A stretch of DNA of 64,000 nt from Betaproteobacteria bacterium (GTDB lineage: Bacteria; Pseudomonadota; Gammaproteobacteria; Burkholderiales; Ga0077523): assembly GCA_037141795.1 (NCBI GenBank), contig JBAXBV010000002.1:109237-173236 (forward strand), read 5' to 3'. Below are positions 23,334-33,311 of this stretch, in pieces. The first letter of the stretch is position 1. Each line of letters begins with the position of its first letter. Made by a program: the position numbers and the translations under genes. Below the pieces are notes generated by a model. The model saw only the letters and a program-made list of their open reading frames with translations, had not been told where the DNA came from and did not search any database.

Positions 23334-24138
23334 CCACGTGGTTGGCAGCCCGCACAAAGCCCTCGACATCTATCGTTTCGGGACGTGCCTCCGGATCAAG
23401 ACCCACTGAAAGAATCGCATCCTGATCCAGGTAGTCCTCGAACGCGTTCTTCAGCATTTTCCTGCGCCGCGAGAATGCGTGAGCCACCAGCCGAGCAAAG
23501 ACATGCTCGTCCTTGACAACGGCACGAGGTTGGCTGATCGGTAAGAGCCGAATCACGGCCGACTGGACTTTGGGAGGGGGGCGGAATGATCCAGGGCCCA
23601 CTTCAAACAACTTTTCTATCGAAAAACGATACTGGAGCATTACGCTGAGTCGACCGTATGCGGGATCTCCCGCAATCGCAACCATTCGGTCCACCACTTC
23701 CTTCTGCAACATGAAGTGCCCATCCTGGACATGCCTACTCTGCGTGGCAAGGTGAAATAGGAAAGGCGTCGAAATGTTGTACGGCAGATTGCCCACTACC
23801 CGCACAGGTCTGCCCAGAAACGCAAAGTCGAAATCCAGGGCATCTCCCTCGTGAACAACCAGGCGCTCGATCGGATAGAAATCGCGAAGCGCGGCAGCGA
23901 TATCCCGGTCGATCTCCACTGCGTGCATTTTCGGAACCAAGGACATCAATGGTTGGGTCAACGCCCCGAGCCCAGGACCGATTTCAACGACCAGATCAGA
24001 CTCGCATGGCGCGATGGATCCAACGATCTCCCTGATGACGCCGGCATCCGACAGGAAATGCTGGCCGAAGCGTTTTCGCGGAATGTGCACTCGCGGGCTT
24101 GCCTCAGACAAGCGGCATCCTGGAAGATATCTCGACAT
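23308..24138 (-). CDS. rsmA: 16S rRNA (adenine1518/1519-N6)-dimethyltransferase
   Basis: ORF 23308..24210. [12 protein letters not shown] site [12 protein letters not shown] and [12 protein letters not shown]. Start uncertain: ATG at 24138 overlaps the pdxA end, GTG at 24090 lies just after the pdxA stop. Confidence 0.92.
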   Translation of the reverse strand: MSRYLPGCRLSEASPRVHIPRKRFGQHFLSDAGVIREIVGSIAPCESDLVVEIGPGLGALTQPLMSLVPKMHAVEIDRDIAAALRDFYPIERLVVHEGDALDFDFAFLGRPVRVVGNLPYNISTPFLFHLATQSRHVQDGHFMLQKEVVDRMVAIAGDPAYGRLSVMLQYRFSIEKLFEVGPGSFRPPPKVQSAVIRLLPISQPRAVVKDEHVFARLVAHAFSRRRKMLKNAFEDYLDQDAILSVGLDPEARPETIDVEGFVRAANHVATARGAAE

Positions 24139-25099
24139 CACGCGCCATCGATCCAGCCAAGCTAATCGCGGCCCGGAGGCTGCGGTCGTCCGCTTTACCC
24201 GAACCGGCAAGATCCAGCGCCGTTCCGTGGTCTACGGATGTCCGGATGATGGGCAAGCCGAGGGTGACGTTGACGCCGGTCCCGAGACTTGCATATTTGA
24301 TGACCGGCAGCCCCTGATCGTGGTACATCGCGAGCACGGCATCACAGTTATCGAGATACTTGGGTTGAAACAATGTGTCGGCTGGCAAGGGCCCGTCCAG
24401 ATGAAATCCCTCCGCCCGAAGGACTTGAAGAGCAGGACCGATCACGGCGAGCTCTTCCTGACCCAGTTGCCCCGCCTCTCCGGCATGTGGGTTAAGGCCG
24501 GCCACCACGATCCGCGGGCGCGGAATTCCAAACTTGACCCATAACTCCCGGTGCAGAATCCGAACAGTTTCCTCCAGAGACGCCCTTGTAAGTGCTGTGG
24601 CAACGTCGCGCAGGGGTAGATGCGTCGTCGCGAGTGCAACTCGCATCCCGCCTCCGACCAGCATCATGACGACACGGGACACGTTACATCGCTCGGCGAG
24701 ATACTCGGTATGGCCGGTGAACCTGATGCCTGCCTCGGAAATCGCCGACTTCTGGACTGGTGCGGTGACCATGGCCGCAAACTCACCTGCGAGACATCCA
24801 TCAGTCGCTCGATCCAGAGTGGACAGGACATAGCGGGCATTTGCCACATCCAGTTGTCCTGGCGTCGAAAATGTCCCGAGAGGTATGTGTAGAAGTGAGG
24901 GACCGTCGGGCACACTGCTGGCATCGTAGGCCGGCAATTCCAATCTGAATCCGAGGGCAGTGGCGCGAGCGCCAAGGAGATCCCTGTCTCCGATCAGCAC
25001 AATACGCTCGGCCGTGCCACGAGCCACCCGGACGCAAAGCTCCGGCCCAACCCCTGCAGGCTCACCCGTCGTAACTGCAACCGCCCCCCGGAAACTCAC
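24104..25099 (-). CDS. pdxA: 4-hydroxythreonine-4-phosphate dehydrogenase
   Basis: 331 aa. [20 protein letters not shown] and [12 protein letters not shown]. surA-pdxA-rsmA order. Confidence 0.95.
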   Translation of the reverse strand: MSFRGAVAVTTGEPAGVGPELCVRVARGTAERIVLIGDRDLLGARATALGFRLELPAYDASSVPDGPSLLHIPLGTFSTPGQLDVANARYVLSTLDRATDGCLAGEFAAMVTAPVQKSAISEAGIRFTGHTEYLAERCNVSRVVMMLVGGGMRVALATTHLPLRDVATALTRASLEETVRILHRELWVKFGIPRPRIVVAGLNPHAGEAGQLGQEELAVIGPALQVLRAEGFHLDGPLPADTLFQPKYLDNCDAVLAMYHDQGLPVIKYASLGTGVNVTLGLPIIRTSVDHGTALDLAGSGKADDRSLRAAISLAGSMARDVEISSRMPLV

Positions 25100-26418
25100 C
25101 GCTCTTCAAGCCGTTGCTCTACAAATGCGCGGTCGCGTTGTTGTCGAACCCAGTCCCCGAAGGCCTCATCAGCCTTGCGAGCACGGATGGACTGTCTCGC
25201 TACCTGACGCTCCCGCTCCTTGGTCATATCCTCGGTCCTGCGCTCCAACACCTGTATGAGGTGCCAGCCGAAAGGGCTCTGGACCGGGACACTGATCTCT
25301 CCGGGCTTCAGACCGTTCATCGCCTGCTCGAACTCGGGTACCGTATCGCCCGGCGACAGCCAGCCCAGGTCTCCGCCACGCACGGAACTGGCGTCCTCAG
25401 ACTGCGCCCTTGCCTGTTCGGCGAAATCCGCACCCGCGAGAATCTTTGCGCGAATGCTTGTCAGACGCCGTTTGGCCTCCTGCTCCGCAACAATCTCGTT
25501 CAGACGAACGAGAATATGGCGAACGCGCGTGCGCTCAACGACTACAGGCCGTCCTGCAGAACGCTTTTCAAGCAACTTGAGAATGTGAAAACCGTTGGCG
25601 CTTCGGAGGGGTGAGGGGGTGACATCCCCAGGCTTCATCGACGCGACTGCCTCGGAAAAGATAGCAGGCAAGCGTCCGAGCCCCCTCCAGCCAAGCTCTC
25701 CACCCTGGAGAGCGTTAGGCGCGTCCGAGTACGTGGCAGACAACTCCTTGAAGTCAGCCCCTGCTTTCAACTTGGTGAGCGCTTCCTCGGCGCGGGCTTT
25801 GCGGGAACGAATCTGCTCTGGCGTGGAGGCCTCCGGAACAGTCACGAGAATGTGGAGCAGGTTGTACTCGTCGTTCTGACCAGATACCGCCTGTCCCCGG
25901 AGAAAACTCTCGATCTCGGCGTCGGAAACATTTATCCGGCTCTCAACCTCGCGCTCCCGGAGCCTGGCGATGAGTATGTCGTTCCGGATGTCCTCCCGGT
26001 AACGGCTGTAGTCAACCCCATCCTCCATCAAAGTATCCTTGAGTTGCTCGCTCGTGATCTTGTTTTCCTGTGCAATTCGGGAAACAGCTCGATCGACCTG
26101 CTGTTCCTCGACGCGCAGTCCGGTTTCTTTCGCGTACTGGATCAGGACCCTCGTCGTAATCATTCTCTCGAGAAGCTGCTTTTCGAGGAGTTCGCGCCTT
26201 GGTAACTGGATGCCCTGGCGAGATAACTCCCGAGAGGCGAGCTTGACCTGATCATCCAGTTCAATCCTGGTGATTACATCGTTGTTGACCAACGCAATGA
26301 CTCGGTCGAGCGCCACAGGCTCCTTCGACCGCTCGGCGGCGCCAACAAGAGCAACGAGCAGAAACTGGACAAGCGCTGCGAAACACAGGACTGCCTTGGG
26401 GGGAAACATGGGTTGCAT
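25096..26418 (-). CDS. surA: Periplasmic chaperone / peptidyl-prolyl isomerase SurA
   Basis: ORF 25096..26553 trimmed to [21 protein letters not shown] (signal peptide) just after the lptD stop. Two parvulin domains ([28 protein letters not shown]). Confidence 0.92.
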   Translation of the reverse strand: MQPMFPPKAVLCFAALVQFLLVALVGAAERSKEPVALDRVIALVNNDVITRIELDDQVKLASRELSRQGIQLPRRELLEKQLLERMITTRVLIQYAKETGLRVEEQQVDRAVSRIAQENKITSEQLKDTLMEDGVDYSRYREDIRNDILIARLREREVESRINVSDAEIESFLRGQAVSGQNDEYNLLHILVTVPEASTPEQIRSRKARAEEALTKLKAGADFKELSATYSDAPNALQGGELGWRGLGRLPAIFSEAVASMKPGDVTPSPLRSANGFHILKLLEKRSAGRPVVVERTRVRHILVRLNEIVAEQEAKRRLTSIRAKILAGADFAEQARAQSEDASSVRGGDLGWLSPGDTVPEFEQAMNGLKPGEISVPVQSPFGWHLIQVLERRTEDMTKERERQVARQSIRARKADEAFGDWVRQQRDRAFVEQRLEER

Positions 26419-26431
26419 GGGCCGTTGGCGC

Positions 26432-28663
26432 TCAACGCGCTGGGTAGTAGTCTTCATTGAACTGCGACTGGGGAAGCGCGTTGGTGCGCTGGTAGCCGAG
26501 CACGTTCTGGCGGAGTATGTCCAGAGGATTCGAGCCGATCTTCGAGAGCCCATTCAGATCCAGCTGGATGAAGAACGCACGAACGCTGTCCTGGGTGAAG
26601 GTAACGAACTCCTGAAAGACAAATCTTCCAACCCAGCATCCCGCATTGTACTCAACACCGACGATCTTGGTCGTTGGCCGACTGTCGAAAAGCGAATAAG
26701 AAAACCTGCCGACGCCAGTCCAGTGCTCGTCGAGAAACCACTGCGCGGACACATCAGCCTGTTCAAAGGTTCCGCGATTGAATCTGTAGCCAAGGTTCAA
26801 CAGCCGTCCCGGCTCCGGGTTATAGCGGAGGGAAAAAGTTGTCCTGTCGGCCCTGGCATCATTCACGTCGAACTGAACGGCTGTGTCTGCATACCATGAC
26901 TTGCTCATGCGGCCGGTAATGGCGGCGAGAAGATCCGAGCGGTTTTGGGTCCTGGCAACCGTGTTGGGCAGGGTGACCCGCTGGTCGGAAAAGAAAAAAC
27001 GTTGCGCCAGGGTGAGCCGCAATCGCTCACGTCCGTCAAGAGCATCGATGAACCTGCTAGACACCCCGGTCGTCACCTGGTTCGCATCGTTGATTCGGTC
27101 ACCGCCAACGAACTGGTTTTCGCTGAAAACCTGTGCCAGATTGAAGTCTGCAACGGCGGTATCGAAGACAGGAAGACTATTCTGATCACGGTACGGAATG
27201 TAAACGTAGTAGAGCCGCGGCTCGAGAGTCTGTAGCAGGGGCACACCCAGGAAACTGGTGTTTCGTTCGAAGGTCATCGAACTGTCCAGGCTGAAGATCG
27301 GCAGTGTCCTATTCGCCGCCGAGGGCGCGGATGAACTGTTCAGATCGTAGTGCGTGTAGTGCAAGCCAAGCTTGGGAATGACACTGGCAAAGGCCGCATT
27401 CAACGGGTAGGCCAGACTGGGATAGAACAGGTACCTCTGGCCGGTTTGCAGCGTGGGATGTGAAAAGGCAACCAGCTCCGAATTAAACGCTACGTCGAAT
27501 CCGCGAACGTCTGGCTTCAGAGCGGTCAGGGTTACCTGAGGGATGCGCGCGTAAGGTGGAATGATGGGAGCCTTTGGATCTTGCAGGGTCTGGAACTTCT
27601 GAGTCCTCCCGGCCAAGGCCCACCAACCGCCGTCATAGGACAAGCCAGCCTCCCTCGGGAGATTGGTGATCGAGGTCACGGCGAGACGGTTCGAGAGATC
27701 GACAAAGTAGAGATCGTCCGACGCCTTCTGCAGGTTCAGAACACCCGTGAGCTGGGGTGAGAAGGACTGACTATGCCGAAAGGCCAGGGCATACCGGTGC
27801 TCGTTACCGCGCTCCCGATCATTTGGAAGGAACTCGGCACTCGCCACGCCATTGAATCTCTCGTCCAGATATCGAAATTCATTGTTCAACATCACACCGC
27901 GTTTGGCGAGAATCCGCGGCGCGATGGTCGCGTCGAAGTTCGGCGCGAGATTAAGGTAATAGGGCGTGGTCAGCTCAAACCCGCTTTTCCCGGTTGTCCC
28001 ATAAGTCGGGCTCAGAAAGCCGCTCTTCCGTGCGCTCGAGAGCGGAAAATCGATGTAGGGCGTATACAGGAAGGGGACGTCCTTGAAATAGACGGTTGTC
28101 CCCCTCGCCACGCCCTCATCCTTTTCACGGTCAAGTTCGAGTTTGCGTACCCGAAGAAACCAGTCGTGGCTTGGGGGAACGCATGTGCTGTAGGTAGCGT
28201 CTTCCGCCCTGACACGATTCTTGTCTTCGATTGTGAGGCTTCTAGCCCTGCCCCGGGCATTGAGTTGCCGGAAAAAATACTCCGGAGCTTCAGCATATGC
28301 CTTGTCATCTCGCAGGTTGAGATCGACTCGACCTCCTTCGAGAACGTCCCCCAGGCGATCCATGCGAACATTGCCAGTTGCCGTCAAGGCTTCTTCGGCT
28401 GGCAGGAAAGTCACCTTATCGGCGAAGATTGTCCGCCCGCGCGTCCGCAACCGGACATCGCCGGCAGCCTCAAGACGCTCATCGGGACGCCCCATCACCT
28501 GATCCGCTTCCAGAAAGATGGCGTCTCCCCGATCGCCCGATTCATCCGGTGCCGGCGGGCGGAGTAAGGGGTCCATGCGTAACCGGAGACCGAGAGACTG
28601 CCCCATGCACGCCAGAGGCATCAAGACAACCGCGGCAAGGAGCCATCGAAACGGAAACGACAT
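26432..28663 (-). CDS. lptD: LPS-assembly outer-membrane protein LptD
   Basis: ORF 26432..28894 trimmed to MSFPFRWLLAAVVLMPLACMGQS (signal peptide). About 743 aa, aromatic-rich beta-barrel composition, upstream of surA. Confidence 0.92.
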   Translation of the reverse strand: MSFPFRWLLAAVVLMPLACMGQSLGLRLRMDPLLRPPAPDESGDRGDAIFLEADQVMGRPDERLEAAGDVRLRTRGRTIFADKVTFLPAEEALTATGNVRMDRLGDVLEGGRVDLNLRDDKAYAEAPEYFFRQLNARGRARSLTIEDKNRVRAEDATYSTCVPPSHDWFLRVRKLELDREKDEGVARGTTVYFKDVPFLYTPYIDFPLSSARKSGFLSPTYGTTGKSGFELTTPYYLNLAPNFDATIAPRILAKRGVMLNNEFRYLDERFNGVASAEFLPNDRERGNEHRYALAFRHSQSFSPQLTGVLNLQKASDDLYFVDLSNRLAVTSITNLPREAGLSYDGGWWALAGRTQKFQTLQDPKAPIIPPYARIPQVTLTALKPDVRGFDVAFNSELVAFSHPTLQTGQRYLFYPSLAYPLNAAFASVIPKLGLHYTHYDLNSSSAPSAANRTLPIFSLDSSMTFERNTSFLGVPLLQTLEPRLYYVYIPYRDQNSLPVFDTAVADFNLAQVFSENQFVGGDRINDANQVTTGVSSRFIDALDGRERLRLTLAQRFFFSDQRVTLPNTVARTQNRSDLLAAITGRMSKSWYADTAVQFDVNDARADRTTFSLRYNPEPGRLLNLGYRFNRGTFEQADVSAQWFLDEHWTGVGRFSYSLFDSRPTTKIVGVEYNAGCWVGRFVFQEFVTFTQDSVRAFFIQLDLNGLSKIGSNPLDILRQNVLGYQRTNALPQSQFNEDYYPAR

Positions 28664-28719
28664 GAGGTTGACGCGGGGATTGATAGAATGCCCGGAGTAT
28701 AGAACCCGCGGGAAAAATC

Positions 28720-29718
28720 TTGGACCGTCTTCAGGAACTCCAGGCGTGGCTGGCCTCTGTTCTGCCCGACCCGGCACTTCGAATCGAACCCGCCTCCGCT
28801 GACGCCAGCTTTCGCCGTTACTTTCGCGCGCATGTCGACAAAGACTCGTGGATCGTAATGGATGCCCCACCTCAACATGAGGACTGCCGTCCATTCATCA
28901 AGGTGGCGGAACTCATGGCGGAAGCCGGACTCAACGTGCCCCGTGTCATCGCACGGGATCTCGACCGGGGCTTTCTGCTCCTGACGGATCTAGGGACCAC
29001 CACCTACCTCCAGTCGCTTCAGCAAGACAGGAGCCTGCTAGATGACTTGATGCCGCAAGCCATTCGTGCGCTGGTGAAGTGGCAGACTACCAGCCGAGAG
29101 AACGTTCTCCCCCCCTATAGCGAAGCCCTCTTGCGTCGCGAACTTGACCTTTTTCCGGAGTGGTATCTCCAGCGCCATTGCGGTCTTTCACTGACGGATA
29201 GCTGTCTTGATGGCATGGAAACCACCTTCTCGACACTCACCGCCACCATTCTTTCCCAGGCGAGAGTCTACGTACACCGTGATTTCATGCCCCGCAATCT
29301 GATGCGTAGCAATCCAGAACCCGGGGTTCTCGACTTTCAGGATGCCGTTCTGGGGCCGATTTCCTACGATATTGCGTCCCTCATGCGAGATGCCTTCATC
29401 AGCTGGCAGGAAAACGAGGTTATCGACATGACGGTGCGTTACTGGGAGGAAGCCCGCCGCGCCTCGCTTCCCGTGCCTGGGGATTTCTCCGAGTTTTACC
29501 GAGACGTCGAGTGGATGGGCATGCAAAGACATCTCAAGGTCCTCGGCATCTTCGCGCGACTCAAGCACCGGGATGGGAAAACGGGTTATGTGGAGGACAC
29601 CCCAAGATTTCTTGGTTATCTGCGCGCGACGGCAAGCCGATACGGGGCACTCTCGGGACTTCTGCCACTCCTGGACCGGATCGAAGAACGAACCGTAACT
29701 GGCGGGCTCACTTTCTAG
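28720..29718 (+). CDS. amgK: Aminoglycoside-phosphotransferase-fold kinase, probable anomeric MurNAc/GlcNAc kinase AmgK
   Basis: 332 aa, TTG start. Kinase catalytic loop HRDFMPRNLM and LDFQDA. Paired with the murU-like gene and divergent from lptD, as for the Pseudomonas amgK-murU pair. Confidence 0.75.
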   Translation: MDRLQELQAWLASVLPDPALRIEPASADASFRRYFRAHVDKDSWIVMDAPPQHEDCRPFIKVAELMAEAGLNVPRVIARDLDRGFLLLTDLGTTTYLQSLQQDRSLLDDLMPQAIRALVKWQTTSRENVLPPYSEALLRRELDLFPEWYLQRHCGLSLTDSCLDGMETTFSTLTATILSQARVYVHRDFMPRNLMRSNPEPGVLDFQDAVLGPISYDIASLMRDAFISWQENEVIDMTVRYWEEARRASLPVPGDFSEFYRDVEWMGMQRHLKVLGIFARLKHRDGKTGYVEDTPRFLGYLRATASRYGALSGLLPLLDRIEERTVTGGLTF

Positions 29719-29755
29719 CCTTCTCGATGCATTCGTCCTCCTTGAAGGAGAATCC

Positions 29756-30466
29756 ATGAAGGCCATGATTCTGGCTGCCGGGCGAGGTGAACGTATGCGC
29801 CCCCTTACGGACACTTGTCCTAAACCGCTTCTGCGGGCGGGCGGCAAACCGCTCGCCGTTTGGCATCTTGAAGGGCTCGCCAAAGCTGGCATACGGGAAG
29901 TCGTTATCAATCATGCCCACCTGGGTCAGATGCTGGAAGATGCGCTCGGCGACGGCAGCCATTGGGGCTTGAGGATCTCCTATTCACCGGAACAGGAAGC
30001 CCTTGAAACCGCCGGAGGAATAGCGCAGGCACTCGATCAGTTGGGCCCGGATGCATTCCTTGTGGTGAACGGTGATGTCTACTGCGAGATGGACTTCGCG
30101 AGCGTCCAGGCAAACGCAGGCGTGACGATGCTGTCGTCGGACATACTTGCTCACATCGTTCTGGTGGACAACCCAGAGCACCATGGGCGTGGCGACTTTC
30201 ACCTCGACGGTAGTCTGGTTCGCCCAGACCGGGAGCCACGACTGACATTCAGTGGTGTAGGTGTCTATAGAAAGGAACTCTTCGAAAAGATCCTCCCGGG
30301 AACACCTGCGAAACTGGGTCCCTTGCTGGCTGCGGCGGCAGCGAGGGAACTTGTAAGTGCCGAGCGATTCACAGGGTACTGGCTGGACGTGGGCACCCCC
30401 GAACGCCTCGAGAGACTTGATGCGCGGCTAACTGAACCATCGTCCGGGACCCGACCGGAGCAATGA
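29756..30466 (+). CDS. murU: Nucleotidyltransferase, probable MurNAc-alpha-1-phosphate uridylyltransferase MurU
   Basis: 236 aa. Sugar-phosphate nucleotidyltransferase N-terminus MKAMILAAGRGERMRPLTDTCPKPLL, GGAG RBS, downstream of amgK. Confidence 0.75.
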   Translation: MKAMILAAGRGERMRPLTDTCPKPLLRAGGKPLAVWHLEGLAKAGIREVVINHAHLGQMLEDALGDGSHWGLRISYSPEQEALETAGGIAQALDQLGPDAFLVVNGDVYCEMDFASVQANAGVTMLSSDILAHIVLVDNPEHHGRGDFHLDGSLVRPDREPRLTFSGVGVYRKELFEKILPGTPAKLGPLLAAAAARELVSAERFTGYWLDVGTPERLERLDARLTEPSSGTRPEQ

Positions 30467-30467
30467 C

Positions 30468-31805
30468 ATGACTGAATCCACTTGTATTTCCTCGGCCGCC
30501 GCTACATACATGTCGCGCAGGTCGCGCCTGATCCAAGCCATGGATCGCGGGGTGGCCGTCATAGCCACCTCCCCCGAACGCACCCGGAATCGGGATGTAC
30601 ATCATCCGTTCCGATTTGATAGCTACTTCTTCTATCTGACGGGGTTTGCCGAGCCAGAGTCGGTACTGGTAGTCGTCGCTGGCGAGACGCCGAGGACACT
30701 CCTGTTCTGCCGGGAGAAGAACCTGGAGCGAGAAATCTGGGACGGTTATCGGTTCGGCCCCGATCATGCCCGGGTCACATTTGGGTTCGACGAAGCGCAC
30801 GATATCACTCGCCTCGACAGCATGATGGGCGATCTTCTTGCCGACCAGCCGACCCTCTATGCCGACGTGGGAAGCGACAACGTCTGGGATGCACGAATCA
30901 TCGACTGGCTGAATGCGATACGAGCCAGAGCGCGAACGGGAATCTCCGCACCGGGCGAAATTCGAGATATCCGCCGTCTTCTCGATGACATGCGCCTGCT
31001 GAAGGATAGCCATGAAATCGCCACAATGCGCCATGCAGCGGAAATCTCCTCGATTGCTCATCGGCGCGCCATGCAGGCGACACGGCCCGGACGATTCGAG
31101 TACGAAATCGAGGCGGAACTGCTTCGCGAGTTTCTTCGAAAGGGCTCAAGGTCTCCGGCATATCCCTCCATCGTGGCGAGCGGATTCAATGCCTGCGTTC
31201 TTCACTACACCGAGAATACGCGCCGGATGGAGGACGGGGATCTACTTCTGATCGATGCTGGATGTGAACTGGGTGGGTACGCATCAGACATCACGCGAAC
31301 ATTTCCTGTGAATGGAAAATTCACCTCGCCTCAACGCGACGTTTATGAACTCGTGCTGGCAGCGCAAAGCGCTGCAATCGAGAAGGTGCGCGCGGGTAGT
31401 CACTGGGAACAGCCTCATGAAGCGGCGCTTCAGGTTCTGGCCCAGGGCTTCCTTGATCTCGGGCTTTGTTCCGGAACCGTGGAAAGCATCCTGGAGTCTG
31501 GAGATTACAGGCGGTTCTACATGCATCGCACCGGGCACTGGCTTGGCCTTGATGTGCATGATGTGGGCGACTACAAGCGGGGAGGGCACTGGAGGATTCT
31601 TGAGCCGGGAATGACTTTGACCGTGGAACCCGGGTGTTACATCAGGCCAGCGGAAAACATTCCGGAGCATTTCTGGAACATAGGTGTTCGTATCGAGGAC
31701 GATGTTCTGGTTACCAGCGACGACCCTGAAGTACTCACCGGCGACACCCCTAAATCGGTTGCCGAGATCGAGGCCCTTGTCGGCACAGCCTGTGTGGCGG
31801 AATGA
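30468..31805 (+). CDS. pepP: Xaa-Pro aminopeptidase
   Basis: 445 aa M24B. Metal ligand motifs DAGCELGGYASDITRTFP, HRTGHWLGLDVHD, LTVEPGCY and GVRIEDDVLVT. Confidence 0.93.
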   Translation: MTESTCISSAAATYMSRRSRLIQAMDRGVAVIATSPERTRNRDVHHPFRFDSYFFYLTGFAEPESVLVVVAGETPRTLLFCREKNLEREIWDGYRFGPDHARVTFGFDEAHDITRLDSMMGDLLADQPTLYADVGSDNVWDARIIDWLNAIRARARTGISAPGEIRDIRRLLDDMRLLKDSHEIATMRHAAEISSIAHRRAMQATRPGRFEYEIEAELLREFLRKGSRSPAYPSIVASGFNACVLHYTENTRRMEDGDLLLIDAGCELGGYASDITRTFPVNGKFTSPQRDVYELVLAAQSAAIEKVRAGSHWEQPHEAALQVLAQGFLDLGLCSGTVESILESGDYRRFYMHRTGHWLGLDVHDVGDYKRGGHWRILEPGMTLTVEPGCYIRPAENIPEHFWNIGVRIEDDVLVTSDDPEVLTGDTPKSVAEIEALVGTACVAE

Positions 31806-32959
31806 CCGACTCGCGCACCGGCGTCGATACAGATATCTGCATCGTCGGTGCTGGCCCGGTCGGCCTGTTCGTGCGAGCCCTGCTTCGCGCGAAAGGGGTG
31901 CGCTGCCTGTTGCTGGAGGCGCGATCAGCCGCCGCGAACCTTTCGGATCGGCGGGTGGTTGCCCTTTCTTGGGGTAGCCATCTCAAGCTATTGAGAGTCG
32001 GCGTAGATGTGCGACATTCACCAGAAGTCGGCCTGATAAAGACAATCCACGTCTCCCAGGCTGCCAAATTGGGGAGAACCACGCTGTCCGCTCTGGACGC
32101 AAACTTACCTGCATTGGGATTTGTGGTGGCCTACAGGGAACTCGTTCACCACTTGCTCGAAGCGAGCGACGGGCCTGAGGATTTGCGCTACGGGACATTG
32201 GTCGAAGCAGTCGAGGAAACTCACGGTGGAGTGAGGATTTGCGGTGGCAACGGACCAATCCATGCGCGCGCTGCAGTTATCGCAGATGGTAGCGGCGATA
32301 TGCTTGCGCGCTCGGGCTTCCACGTGGACGCCCTGGACTACGGCTCCCATGCCCTCGTCGCAACCGTTACGGCGAGCCAAAGCGACGGCTCAACAGCCTA
32401 TGAGAGATTCACGCGATACGGGCCCCTTGCCCTTCTGCCGCGTGGCAAGAGTCATTCAATGGTCTGGGCACTACCCGAAAAGCAGGCTCTGGAAGTTCAG
32501 AACCAAGGCCCCGATGTCTTGCTGGCGCGCCTGCAATCTGCGTTCGGATGGCGGCTCGGCCGGTTTACAGCCGCCACCGACACGGCGGTTTTTCCCCTAG
32601 GCTTGCGCACCACCCGTCCAGTCGCTCGCGGGCGAATCGTCGTTCTTGGGAACGCCGCTCAAACACTTCACCCTGTCGCGGGACAGGGGCTCAATTTGGG
32701 CTTCCGCGACGCTTGGTCTCTTGCACGAGACCTCTCCGCAAGAACGAGAGCATTTGATAGCGCATTCGCCACCTATGCTCTGCGTCGCCAGACCGATCGC
32801 ATGATAACCATGTCCTTCACCGATTTCCTTGCGCGGGCCTTCGTTCTGACAACGCCTGGTTCTTCCCTGGCGCGGACCGCCTTGCTGGAGTTCCTCGACC
32901 TGGTGCCCGGGCCCCGGAAATTCTTTTCCCGTCTGTTGTCGATTACGCCGCCGCGTTAG
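31802..32959 (+). CDS. ubiH: UbiH/UbiF/UbiI-family FAD-dependent ubiquinone biosynthesis hydroxylase
   Basis: 385 aa. FAD site ICIVGAGPVGL and GNAAQTLHPVAGQGLNLGFRDA. ATGA overlap with pepP (conserved pepP-ubiH order). The exact paralogue is not resolvable. Confidence 0.8.
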   Translation: MTDSRTGVDTDICIVGAGPVGLFVRALLRAKGVRCLLLEARSAAANLSDRRVVALSWGSHLKLLRVGVDVRHSPEVGLIKTIHVSQAAKLGRTTLSALDANLPALGFVVAYRELVHHLLEASDGPEDLRYGTLVEAVEETHGGVRICGGNGPIHARAAVIADGSGDMLARSGFHVDALDYGSHALVATVTASQSDGSTAYERFTRYGPLALLPRGKSHSMVWALPEKQALEVQNQGPDVLLARLQSAFGWRLGRFTAATDTAVFPLGLRTTRPVARGRIVVLGNAAQTLHPVAGQGLNLGFRDAWSLARDLSARTRAFDSAFATYALRRQTDRMITMSFTDFLARAFVLTTPGSSLARTALLEFLDLVPGPRKFFSRLLSITPPR

Positions 32960-33201
32960 CCCGGACATTTCATCAGGTCACGGGATGATGGCGAGGTGCA
33001 TTGCGAGGCAGGCGGCGCATCCGGCGCCAGGCCACCCGCCGAGCCCGTTGGCGCGAAGCGGGGGCGCGGCATGACCGCAAGGCGACCGCCAGCGCCCGTG
33101 GAGGCCGACACACCAGGTTGACCCGCAAGCCAATTCGTTGCGAACCCGATGGGCATCGGTGCACCACTCATTTTCGGGGCCGGCCTGGTGAAATGTCCGG
33201 G
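32960..33201. repeat. 18-bp inverted-repeat pair enclosing a 242-nt GC-rich intergenic element (function unknown)
   Basis: CCCGGACATTTCATCAGG (32960-32977) versus CCTGGTGAAATGTCCGGG (33184-33201): 17/18 complementary, and the odd position is G-U compatible on the + strand only. The repeat itself is directly visible; its role is not. Confidence 0.6.
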
Positions 33202-33311
33202 TCAGTTGCGTTGCGGGCCACGCCCCGCCTCGCGGAAGCGCGTCGGGATCTGCCACAGTGGTTTCTGATTACAATAACTGCGTTCCCTCCGACTTGGGCA
33301 GGTCAGACGGC

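Noticed and set aside
26432-28894. Long N-terminal extensions on many track ORFs as possible novel N-terminal domains. Examples are lptD, surA, aroB, hemF, lptE, pyrE, and the thiolase, hbd, aldolase and HI0933 genes.
   Set aside because: In every case the extension overlaps the upstream gene or spacer and is Arg/Ser/Pro-rich. Each is followed by an internal Met (or GTG) that yields the canonical family N-terminus or a proper signal peptide or lipobox.
32973-33256. Small ORFs (64-92 aa, - strand; also the 144-aa + strand ORF 33001..33435) in the ubiH-dusB gap as possible small proteins
   Set aside because: Their products are Arg/Pro/Gly/Ala-rich and lack any hydrophobic core pattern, signal peptide or RBS. 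The + strand ORF runs into dusB out of frame. The region is better explained as non-coding structured DNA or RNA.
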